A stretch of 64,000 nucleotides of DNA, taken from positions 19,344,001 to 19,408,000 of the forward strand of contig CM022670.1 of assembly GCA_012295275.1 (NCBI GenBank). The letters run 5' to 3'. The position numbers and the translations under genes are program-made. The DNA comes from Chrysomallon squamiferum. Its lineage: Eukaryota; Animalia; Mollusca. The notes under the pieces are model-generated. The model worked only from the letters and a program-made list of their open reading frames with translations. It did no database searches and was not told where the DNA came from. Each line of letters begins with the position of its first letter. The first letter of the stretch is position 1. Positions 52,158 to 64,000 of this stretch are shown in pieces.

Positions 52158-54866
52158 CTTATAGATAACGACACGTAAGCAATACATAATCAGTTTTAAA
52201 ACAAAACCTTAGACTACGTTCCCATTTTTATTTCGAGGTAATTTACTCATACGATAGTTCTAAAATCCCAGATTTTTTACTTCGAGACTAATTGCTAATT
52301 TTCAGACGATGTAAAGTAGGGCAGACGATAGCGCATGTTGTTGTTCCTGGTTGAATGAAACTATCTCGAATCGTGAAGTTTCTATCAAAAATAGTCTGAC
52401 GCCGTTTATTCTCTGCTGTCAGTGTCAAAGGTAGCAATTGCTTTTCCGTATGCTATCCGATCAAATGACGAAAATACACGGTGCAGCAGAATTCCTGTAG
52501 ATTTTTCAAATGCATTTACATGTAGATACTATCAAGTGTCACTGATATACATTGAAATCTGTTCTCAGCTATCAAGCAGTGTCATTTCTCATTTATTCTT
52601 ACGATCGTAGGTTCATTTTTTTTTTCACTTTTTTTTTTCTCATCGCAGATCTCTTCCCCTCCTCTTCCCCTCTCTCACTCTGTCTTTCGACAAATAAATA
52701 AGTAAATTTATATCCACAAAGGTAGTATGGACGGAAATTAAATAAGAATGCCTACGTGTTTGCTAATTTCAGTGGATGTGTTTTGTTATGTGTGGTTTTC
52801 TTTCTCCTTTCTCTTCCTCCTTCTCCTCTCTCTCTCTTTTTGTTTTTATGTATTTAGGCTTATACATCAGATAAAGAGACAAACAGAAAAACGGAGATAA
52901 AGATAGAAAGAAAGTGAAAAGAAGATAGAAATATGTACATAGATAGAAGTAGAAAGATAGATAAACAGAATAGATAAAGAGGTAGATAGACAGACAGATA
53001 GACGTACGTACATTTGGAGACCAAAACAAACAAAAAAGGAGATCTATTTAGCTTTAGGAAATAAATAAACGTTTACAAATATTTTGCAGATATTTGTTTT
53101 TTTATAAAACAGAATACGGCACGCGTCAATTTTTGGGTGTAGGCGTCATGGAATTCTCTTGAAACATTTTGCAATTTACAAATATTATTTCAGTTAAAAA
53201 AAGAGTTTTTTTGTAAGGTGGAACTGGTGTTAAATTACCCGTACCGAATTCTTTCTGCAAATCTGCATTTGATACGCATACTTGTATACATTCCAGTCAT
53301 TTTTTCCAAGGTTTTCTTTTTCTCTCTCTCTGTTTTTTGTTTGTGTGGAGAAAAGTATGAAGCAGATAAATGGTATACAAAAGGAATTATTTTGGCAATC
53401 AGTTGTTTTAAATAAAAGTACAGCGGTAATTAATTTTATATAAAAATATTGACGTAATTAATTTTAAACAGAGCTATACATTTTAAGAAGAATTTCACCG
53501 AAAAAAACTTCAGAATAGTAAATGAAAATGCTCTCTGTATAATATATAATATACCTTTTAGTTTGTTAATGTACATTACCTATTTATGTTTAATATTTTA
53601 ATTTGTTTTATTTATCTGATGCACACTTGATGAATCAACATATATTTTTCTGGATACTAGTACTAAGGCACTCTCAACTTTTACTGAATTGTATAAATAT
53701 TTATTTAATAATATAACATCTATTATTATAAATCTTCAACTTTGCTCATTTTAAAGCAATAAATAATTTGACCCTTGACCTTTGATAAGATATAAAGAAT
53801 AATAATTATCGCGTTATATTCATTCCAAAGTCTAGAATAAACCGAATTAGACCAAAAAAAACCCCATTATATCACATACATTTTAAATTTAAACAATCTT
53901 GTATACAGAAATGCAATATCATATTTATTAATAGAAATGTCATATTTTTTTTAAACTTCTATTTCAGCAACCGATTGTGTAGACTGGGATGTATTTGCAC
54001 TGTTTCTAATTTATGGATGTGGTTAAAGTCCTATATTTTGCTTTATAAAACTTTACAAAGGTAGATCTTCATCGTAATGTTCATCACTTAAGTGCTAGCA
54101 TAAAGGGCAACAAACGGTGTGAAATATAATATATCCGTAACATTCGTTCCAAATACTATGGCATATTAAAACCAGATATGAGATGAAATAATGATTCGAT
54201 TTTTTTTTTTCCATTTAATAAAAATATACTTCCATAATAATTACTTTGTTTGAATTATTACGAAAAAGGGAATGCTAGATCAAAATGCAGTATAAAATTT
54301 ATGTGATTACTGCTGAATGTTTTTTTTTAACACAGTCACACTACGAGCACATTAAATTTCATATTTAGTACACTGTTTTCGTTTTAACCCGTTAGTGTAC
54401 TTGCTTCAGTAGTGTCACTTCTTAAGACGCGAACCTCAGGTGTGGTATTTGCTTTCTATTCTTGATCTTATGAAATTATTTTATTCACTATCATAACAAA
54501 AGATATGGGCAATATAGAAGATACATACATATACAATAATACAAAAAGTAGACAGACTCACATGCAGGCTTACAAATAGAGAAATAGACTCGTTAATGGA
54601 TTTCTAGATGTGTTTTGAATGAATATTATGTAATAAATGATTACATAGGCTTTCCGAATTTCTCTCTGAGATTTAAGAAATTACTGTTTACTTATCGAGT
54701 AAGTCTGGCTTACACTTTACCACTTACAAAACTGATACGCTAACCTGTCTCTTCTGTTTAATGTAAACAACTGAATGTTATCGGCAAAATGCTGTCATAA
54801 AGCAGATTCTGCCGTAAAGGCAGTTTATCGCTGTTCCTAGATAATTCAGGGCTTTGTGTAAACTAA

Positions 54867-54977
<111 letters not shown>

Positions 54978-56550
54978 TATTTGTATATATATATGTATGT
55001 ACGAATGCATGCCCTACATGCACGTATGTATATGTTAATGTAAATGTGCAAAGTTTATATATACGAATACATGCATACAAATGTTTTAATGATACATCCA
55101 TTCCTTCTTCAGGTTTTTTCCTACTTGAACATATTTTTAACTTTTGAATCTGCTTGCATTTTTCGTTATGATATGATTATAAAAAATAATAATGAAACAT
55201 TGCTTTTATATTAGATTATTTACCTTCTACCGTAGGCAGAAAAAGATGAATGTTCTTATCTTTCATGGATAGATTAACACGAAAAAAGTGAGACTACCTG
55301 TATCTTGTTTGACAACATTCACGTTCAAAGGAATTTAAAGGGTTGGCGTTATTTTCGTCGACTTGTCTACTAATCTGACTGTTTTTCAGTTTACCTGTCA
55401 GTCAGCCTATATTTAGGCCCATACATGTTTCTGAACGTTGGGCTTTTTATTACACATTAAAATCTGACATAGAATTGGCTGACATAGAACAAATATTTTT
55501 TAAACAAATCATATTATGATTTTTTGTAGAAACAAAGACATCGTAACTTAATACTTTTTCGATCTAATTAACTTTGCTGAAATCGGTTAATAAAATATTC
55601 GAAAACGAATAACACTCACTTATTAAAATGTAAATGTCCACAACAACCTGGATATATATGAAAGGTTAGTTAAACTGTACGACCTTCGTCATTTAAGTTA
55701 ACTGAAAAGTATAATTTTTTACCTTTTTAAAAAAGAATTAAAACATATATATTGTATTTCTGATAGCAGCTGAAGATTATTTAATATAAAATGTCATGGA
55801 TATAATGAGGTGTTTATTTAGTCTATTCAATGTTTGGAATAAAAACAATTATGTGATTATCATTCTTGATACCTTTTAAAAAATAGCAGTTCTTGTTAAT
55901 GTATCATGTCAGATTTTATATTACCATATAAATATTTATACAACTGGATATAGGGCGGCAGTGCTTGAGCACTCTGTTACGGATGACATATTCAAGTTTT
56001 GTGACATGGCGATATATATAACGGTGTAATTAACTGAGATTAGAAAATATACAGATGAATTAAACTCTCTCGATATGTTTGTCCTAATTATCATATTACA
56101 TTTTTAGAAACAGAATAATTATTATTAATGTACAAGAACATACAAATATACATTTATACATTCATATATTCATACATACACCTATAAACGTATACATACA
56201 TATACACACACACACACATATATACACACACACACATACACATACACATAAACATATACACACATATAAACATACACGCGCATATAAAGAAAGCGAGACA
56301 GAATGAGAAAAAAGTATTGAGAGCTAGAATATGATGGAAGAAGATAAATATTAGGCAATGAGTTGTATTAATCTATTAAGATATGATGGAACTCCTGTAA
56401 AACTGTCACGTCAGTCTGCCACTGTGTCATCCTTACAAACAGTCATACATTATACACTAAGTAGTAATCTATGACGTATTATAAATGAAACCCTCTGAGT
56501 TTGGAAAGTAGTTCAGTTTTTCACACACACACACAAACACATGCACACGC

Positions 56551-56700
56551 GCAGGTTCGTCTTGATGGCTTAACGGTAACATCGTCCGCCTTCGGAGTGC
56601 GGGTGAATGGGTACCATATACGAGCCTCGTCAGCGGCATCTGACGTGGTTTTCTGAGGTCGTGACTGAACTTCGTCCTTCTGTGTCAGTGCATTCCAGAA
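56551..56700 (+). mobile_element. Possible degenerate tRNA-derived SINE fragment
   Basis: GC-rich island with a Pol III A-box TGGCTTAACGG at about 56565; no clean B-box; flanked by CA/CATA simple repeats. Confidence 0.35.
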
Positions 56701-58479
56701 CAAGAAAGAGAATGATAAAATCCTAAAATATATATACATACATTCGTAAGTAGGTACATACATACATACATTCGTAAGTAAGTACATACATACATACATA
56801 CGTACATAAACAATTGAACAAACACAAAATCTGTAAATCAGATGTAAGAGGTTTTGCCACAAGAGCTCACGTCCGGTCTGGAAATGCGCATCATTCTGGA
56901 AAGTCATCAGAAACAGTCTTCAAAAGGTTTCACTTTGAGTGAAAGTGTGACAGTTATTCTGTACTTTGTAATATCAAACTGCTAGGCTGACCATCATTTT
57001 GAGGTGCTGTTCTTTGATTTCAGTGGAACTTCAAAGCCATCAGACAGTTTAAAGTGATGGTTCACTGGGTCGCTTGAAGTCGTGTAGGACACGACTGTAC
57101 TTACTCCGTTTCTGTCTTACCTGATCTCATTTTGTCTTTCTCTCTATTTCTCACTCTTTCATTCTGTTTTATCCAAGTTTTCCAATTTACTTTTTATTAT
57201 CTTTCAAACTATTATTACTTGCTATAGTTTGTTTTAATTATATTTTTCTCATTTCCTTCGACCATTGTAAACATTTCTCGCTCTTTTATATATACCTACA
57301 TATGAAGATTCTAATACACACTAATACGAATACTAACATACACACCCACACACTAATACATAAAAACACACATAATTTCTGAATCGGTACTTGATATATG
57401 AAAGGACTGTGTTGGATTTGAAATGAAACTCGTTATTTTGCATTTGTAATCGAGGACAATAACTTTACCCTGAAATCTAAACAATCCTCCCTAATGACAT
57501 AAAATACAAACAAGGTGTTATTATTACAAAAGATAAATAGAGACTGATACTGTTTTTGAGATAGGCTATCGTGGGTTTAACACCTTGAAGTGTCAGTTAT
57601 AACTTAACGTTTAGCGGTTTTAAATCTATCGTATCTCAAACATGAAATCAATGTAAATTTATTTCCTTAGGATCTTGAATAAAATATATTAATGAATGAA
57701 CTTTTAAAAATAATGAATAGGAAGGAGATCAGTACATAATAAATACATAAACAAACAAACAAGCAAACGAACCAACCGATCAACGAAGCAAGCAACCAAT
57801 CAACAAACAACTAAAAATAATAATTAAAAAATCACGGTAATAAATTTGTTTTGACATAATGAAATAAACACAGTGATTGACTGACCAGGCTAGAGATACA
57901 TTTGAGGTGATCGGATGGGTTTTAAATGGTGCCAGTGAAATAGGTTTGACAAAGATATGATTTTAATAATTACAGTTTAACAGAAGAAGAAAGTTTATAA
58001 TAAATGCAATACGCAGCACTTCGTTCATTAATTTTATCAACCAGAGGTCATTTTCATTAACGAGCGGCCCAGTAACTTATCATATACATATTTCATTATT
58101 AATTTCTAATCAGTGTCTTGCATATAAGTACAAACAGTTATCAAGAATCCATCTGTTATTTTTTACTAAATCATAATATTACTTTGACCCTGTTATTTGA
58201 TAATTGGTAGTAATTAGCAATATGGCAGTTCAGACGTTTATTACTGGACTGGCAAGTTGTATGAAAAAACGTCTTACCCTGGAAAAAATTATTTACGAAT
58301 ATAATTTAACTGAATTATCACTGGTTTATTTTAAGACGTTTTCCTGATCACAGTGAAGCGAATTTTTCAGTGGATCAGTAAGTAATAAATGTGAATAGTG
58401 AAAATGAAATTATCTGTGATATTTTAAAACGAAGTATCATGTCAAATGTCTTTTTCTTTTTAATTTACGTCAATGCAAA

Positions 58480-58594
58480 TACTACTACTACTATTGCTAC
58501 TGCTGCTACTACTACTACTACAAATGCTACTACTATTGCCATTGCTGCTATTACAACTATTAAAACTGCTACTACTATTGCAACAATACCATTT

Positions 58595-58632
<38 letters not shown>

Positions 58633-58945
58633 GCAAGAACTACTACTTCTACTACTATTTTCTACTATTGCTATTACTCCTACTACTATTGCTACTGTAG
58701 CTACTACTGCTGCAACCATTGCTACTGATACTACTGTTCCACTAGAGCAACTGCTGCTAATATTAGTCTACTATTACTGTTACCACTACTGCTACTGCTA
58801 TTACTATCGCTGCAACTACTATTTCTATAACTATTACTACAACAACAATTACTGCTATTACTACTACTACTGCTACTGCAGCTATTGTAATTAATTATTA
58901 TTACTTCTACTGGTACTACTGATTCTGATATTATTACTACTAGTA
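58480..58945. repeat. Degenerate (TAC/TGC)n trinucleotide array
   Basis: Long imperfect CTA/CTG array; explains the low-complexity ORFs here. Confidence 0.93.
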
Positions 58946-60765
58946 GTAGCAGATCCCAATTTCCATGTTATCCTTTAACTTTTAAGTCCTTTAACTTTTC
59001 AGCAGTATTAGTAGCTGTATTTATACTCATACTGACATATCAGCTATAATGATTTATTATTTAGATTTCTCAGTCTGAAGAAAAAACCAACAAAAAACCC
59101 CCAACAACAACAATTAAAACAAACAAACAAATAAAACAACAGTAGCACACTGCATCAAAGAACTTATAAAGTCGTATATTTTACTTTATACCGACAACTT
59201 TGGCTCCTATCCCTTTCTGAAATCTTGGAATCACTCACTCCTAATTTCGTTTAAAGTGTTCACTTCAAAATCATAGTAAAAATAATGGTCTTGATATGAA
59301 GATTCTGTACAATATTTTGGTTTAGATAGGAAATGGGCGAACACAATGTTATCGATTGATTCCTTATTTCATAAAGGTTCAGATATACGTAAACGGATGT
59401 AACTTCTAATGTGCACATTTCCTCTAATAGGCAACCTTTGTAGAATGTCATAAAAGACAGATTCTTTTCAGTAGGAGTATTTCCAAGCGATAAGTTTCGC
59501 AGAGTAACCGCTTCGTGAACTTGCAACAGTCTTTATAGATTTATGTTTACGTTGTCTGTTTTAACCTTTCAAAACGGCGGTTTCCATACGATTCATTATA
59601 TAATCATTTGGCAACTTTTCGAGACTACCAAAGCGAAGCGTTGAGAAGTATTACATTCAGCCTGACAAGAAAAGCGAGCGGTTGTTGACCGAAAGACTGC
59701 TTGAATGTGTCTGAAGTAAATGTTCTAAACATTGCCCACAAAGAAGCTGATACAGTATCTCTGGCCAGAATGAATACTAATATAAATACGGATAAATTCT
59801 TTTCCAAAAACCTTTTTTTTTTTTTTTTTTTTTTTTAAATCAAAATAATTTAATTAACGGCTTCTAGTTAAAAAAAAAAAAAAAAAAAAATTATAAAAAT
59901 AAAAAAAAAAATAAAATAAAAACTACTACTACTAGTATTAATAATAATAAAGACTAAATGTAAAAAAAAAAAAAAAAAACAATATCAGTGCAAAATTAAA
60001 CATCTCGTCATAAAAAAGAAAATTAAACAAAATCCAATCCCTCCTCAACCCTCCAAACCCACAAAAGCAACAATCCGCCCACAAATAAAAAAAGAAGGAA
60101 AAAAAAGAAGAAAAAAGAAAGAACCCAAACAAAAACAACAACAATAAAAACAAAACAAAACAAAACCATATCCAGTACACACAAAACAATTACCCTGGTT
60201 GTTTTTTTAAACGATTTCATGTTTTTAGAAAATAGTTTATTAACATAAATTTTATTATCCTCTTTGTAGTTATATTTTCTGATTCAGTAAAATAATTCTA
60301 CAAACAGTTTTAAATTGTTTCTTGTAATGCAAAAAAAGAAAGAAAAAGAGAAAACAACAACAACAACAAAAAACGAATAACTAAAAACAAATAAAAACAA
60401 CAATAAAATAAAACATAAAACAAACAATTAAATAAATAAATAAATAAGTGAACACGACACAACAACACAGTAATAACAATAACAACAACAACAGAATAAT
60501 AACAATAACAACAACACCAATAGAATAATAACAATAACAATAACAACAACAACAGAATAATAGAACATTCGCATATCAAAAAAATATTATAAGGTCAATT
60601 TAAAAAAGATAATTTACTTGAAATCCAAACTAAAAATATTTTCCTTCTGTTTTGTATTCAATAACTAAATGAACATGAATTCATAAAAATGTGTGAATCA
60701 TTTGCTATTGCAATTTATATTATTTTATTTTCACAAATATACTTCTTATTTTTCAGAATTTTAAA

Positions 60766-62341
60766 ATGTGGAAGACAAACATGGCGGCGATTGTTGGAGT
60801 TTGGATCATTGGTCAAGGAATGATGGGCACAGTTGGGGGTTTTAATAACGAAACATGCGACGATATTACTATCGTCTCCAATGTTACGTTAGGGTAAGAA
60901 TGTGTTTTATAGAATATTTCTGGTGTTAATTAAGATAAAAATAATACATGCCATCGCTGAGCTAAGGGTAAATTACAACAGACCATATGTAGCACGTTCA
61001 AAGTGACTTTAAAATATGACAGTAAATGTGACTGTTACGATAAAATAATACAGTATTTAAAAAAAAAAAAGAAAGAAGAAAAATCGCATTATATTACAAA
61101 AATATTGCCGATATTTCACGTTACAGTTTAATGATATAACACACAAAACACTGTTGTAATGAATTTATTATATAATTTTATAGGCATTTTCGAGGTATCT
61201 TTCTGGTAAAACTGCATATTATGTAGAATGTATGAAATTTCCAGTTTTACATAACACTGAAACAGAGTATTACATACATTACCGAGGATACTTTACAGAA
61301 AAACCGAAAATCTTACAATATCGCTGACACTTTCAAGGTTACGTTAGAGTAAGACAGTAAAACTGATAACGTTACGATAAACATGTATACTCTATAACCT
61401 TTGCAACGTTACCAAGGATACATTAAAGTAAGGCCTCGTATTATATAATATTTCGTTAGAATCAGAGATTCAGTGTAATAACCTTGAGATAAACGAGAAC
61501 ACGGTTGATTAATACTGGTGACTTTTTCACGATATCGTTATCGTAACATTGTTGAATTTTCAAGGTCACACTATATTAAATAATGTTTTATATAATATTG
61601 CCGAAAATTTATACTTTAATAAAAAAAATTGGTGTAACGTTTATACATTTGTATACCAGTCTTTTCAAGTTTTACAGTAAAACAGTATAAAAGTATACAT
61701 CTGTTTTATAATATTTAGACTGACAAGTACATTACAGATTCTTATGTTTTTTATATACCTAATCGATTGTGTTATATATTGCGTTTGTATGTGTTCGTTT
61801 GCTTGTTTACCTGTACGATACAAACATGATACATATAAACAGAAACACATTTGTATTTAGTTGTGTGTGCATATGTGTTTGTATGAGAATATTATTAATA
61901 AAACGTCATTAATTTGTATTACAATATTTATCCATTTATTTAGTAAAGTAAGTCACGAAGTGGAGAAGTATGAAGCGGCTTTGGTGATTCTACTCGGATT
62001 TGGCGGGTTCTCAATTCTTTTGGGAATGCTTTACAACCTAATACGGAAGTACGTCTTCGAAGACTCGCACAATCTTGACACGACGTTTGACGCCGGCGGC
62101 AAAGTCAGCATGAGTTTAACTGCTGTGACAGTCGCTTCTCAATTACTGTGGCCTGGTGACTTACTGCAAAGTGCCACCGTGGCCATAAAGGTGATTTCAA
62201 TGAAAATTATAAGATTATAAGGCCATTAAAAGAAAGAAAGAATAGAAAGAAAAAATATATTTACCTAATTTAATGTGCTAATCTCTCTCTCTCTGTGTAC
62301 AAAAAAGAAAGAAAACAGCACAAAAACAACAAAACAAAACA

Positions 62342-62381
<40 letters not shown>

Positions 62382-62972
62382 CAAATAAATAAATAACCGT
62401 AAAGAAGAATTATTTATGGAAAAAGAACGCATAGCAATAACATTTCGCTTAAATCAAGCGTCAAATAAAAATTCATTACCCATTTTATTTCCCAAGTTTT
62501 TGCACTGAAAGAAACCAGTAAATAACAAATGAAAGGGATGACTAACATTTCACTAAAAGTAACTGTCTTACTCTTCTGTCAGCATTAAATTCTTTTCTGT
62601 GTTAATTGGTTCACCTGTCGAAAGATGTAAAATGCGTATTAAAAATGCACAGTCTTTGTCTTCTGAATGCGGCTGCCTTACATTAATCTAATAGTAACAA
62701 TTTTTTGTTTTTTGTTTTTGTTTTGTTTTTTTATGTGAATCATATATCAGTCCTGTTGTAATGATAAAGTATAATAATAATAATTATAACAATAAGTATA
62801 GACTTTAATAAAAAAAAATTGTGACGTCATTTCTTGTTTTATTACACAGTTATTTTTACTATCAAATGTATATGGGATTTTAATGATACTTATTAATATT
62901 CTACATGCAGAATGCAAAAAATAATTAGTTTATACATGCATGCATACATACATATATACATACATACATACA

Positions 62973-63004
<32 letters not shown>

Positions 63005-63367
63005 CATACGTACGTACATTCATAAATATATACACATACATACATATACAGATAAAGCCGTCTCGAGGTCCGAACGTTCCTGAATATTGTCTATGTGCAA
63101 AATCTAATCAGACGTACATAAGTCAGAGAATATTAAAATCCTAAAAATACATAAATTCATACATTGATACATACTTACATACATACATACATACATTTAT
63201 ATGTATATATATACACATGCATATTATTATTAATATTTTATTGTTCACAGAACGGCATTGCTGGTACCTTTTGGTATTCCGTGGGAGCAGTCATCAACAT
63301 GATTTTGTTTCCAGTTCTTTCGGTACATTTTAAAACGAGATCTCCAGGGGCTAAGACATTTCTTCAG
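60766..63367 (+). CDS. DUR3-like urea/solute transporter (sodium:solute symporter family), first three coding exons; continues beyond the window
   Basis: Exons 60766-60893, 61944-62190, 63251-63367 in frame; FDAGGKVSMSLTAVTVASQLLWPGDLLQSATVAIKNGIAGTFWYSVGA...KTRSPGAKTFLQ matches the DUR3 pattern (AGxxV..L.A...VSQWTWAATLLQS...G..G.FWYA.GA...K...P.A.T.L). Confidence 0.85.
62943..63050. repeat. (CATA)n microsatellite
   Basis: Tetranucleotide run in a DUR3-like intron. Confidence 0.9.
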
Positions 63368-64000
63368 GTAATATTAACATTTCCCCCCCTCCCTTTTATA
63401 GATTCTTTGTATTGCATATTACATAGTGTATGTAGAATAATGAACTTATGTTAATCTGATGTATATAAATCAAAGTTTGTGTTAGTAATATGTGTTTAAC
63501 ACTGATTTTCTTACCCTTTGATGTACTGTCGTACGCCCTTTCTTCTTTTAACTGTATTTTGAACGACTGTCTACCGCTGAGCTACTTTCATTATCCCCGT
63601 TTTGTAGAAGAGCTATTCACAAGATTCAACAACACTGAGTCGCATATTCATTCTTTTCACACATCTTTCACACGTGCAAGTTTGGCATTTTAATTTAATA
63701 ATCTCATATCTCTATATTTAAATTTCATAATCTGTTATTATATAAAAATATTTAAAAAAAAAAAGACATGGTGGTGGATTTTATACGGGGAAAAAATGCA
63801 CTTTTCAACTGGCTTCCAGTTTCCTCATACCCAAATTTTCAGTCAGTTTCTTCAAAACAATTGAAAGATTTTTGTTCACATCAACGAAAAAATTATAACC
63901 GTTTCGGGCGCAGTTTCTTGGATGTTTTTAATGACAGTCATTCTGCTGAGTAAAGCAATTGTAGGATGAGCAGTAGAGCAGACAATAAGAATAAACGCTT

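Noticed and set aside
56551-56660. tRNA gene
   Set aside because: A-box only; no GTTC B-box or cloverleaf.
56521-56907. 128-aa minus-strand ORF
   Set aside because: Runs through simple repeats and a SINE-like patch; no recognisable domain.
58391-58894. 167-aa ORF and overlapping Thr/Leu/Tyr-rich ORFs
   Set aside because: Products of a (TAC)n repeat; open in several frames with no domain signal.

Overview
AT-rich, microsatellite-rich animal genomic DNA (mollusc/cephalopod-like, by inference only) with spliced genes. It contains: (1) the 3' part of a PHR-family E3 ligase gene (MYCBP2/highwire/rpm-1) on + from the window start to TAG 27127-27129, with an intact RING-Cys-relay C-terminus and several frame-preserving candidate micro/cassette exons; (2) a complete 13-exon histidyl-tRNA synthetase (HARS) on - (39874->29629), convergent with MYCBP2, with a U12-type intron, up to three alternative N-terminal exons (WHEP/cytosolic, mitochondrial-presequence-like, and a third acidic one) and two copies of an H/ACA-snoRNA-like intronic element; (3) head-to-head with HARS, an intronless, divergent BUD23/WBSCR22-like m7G methyltransferase (41203-42030) that appears to have gained a mitochondrial-type presequence and lost the basic C-tail, the most novel-looking item; (4) about 18 kb of repeat-rich noncoding DNA; (5) the first three coding exons of a DUR3-like (SSS/SLC5) transporter on + (60766->). 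All exon boundaries were read by eye; no searches were run.
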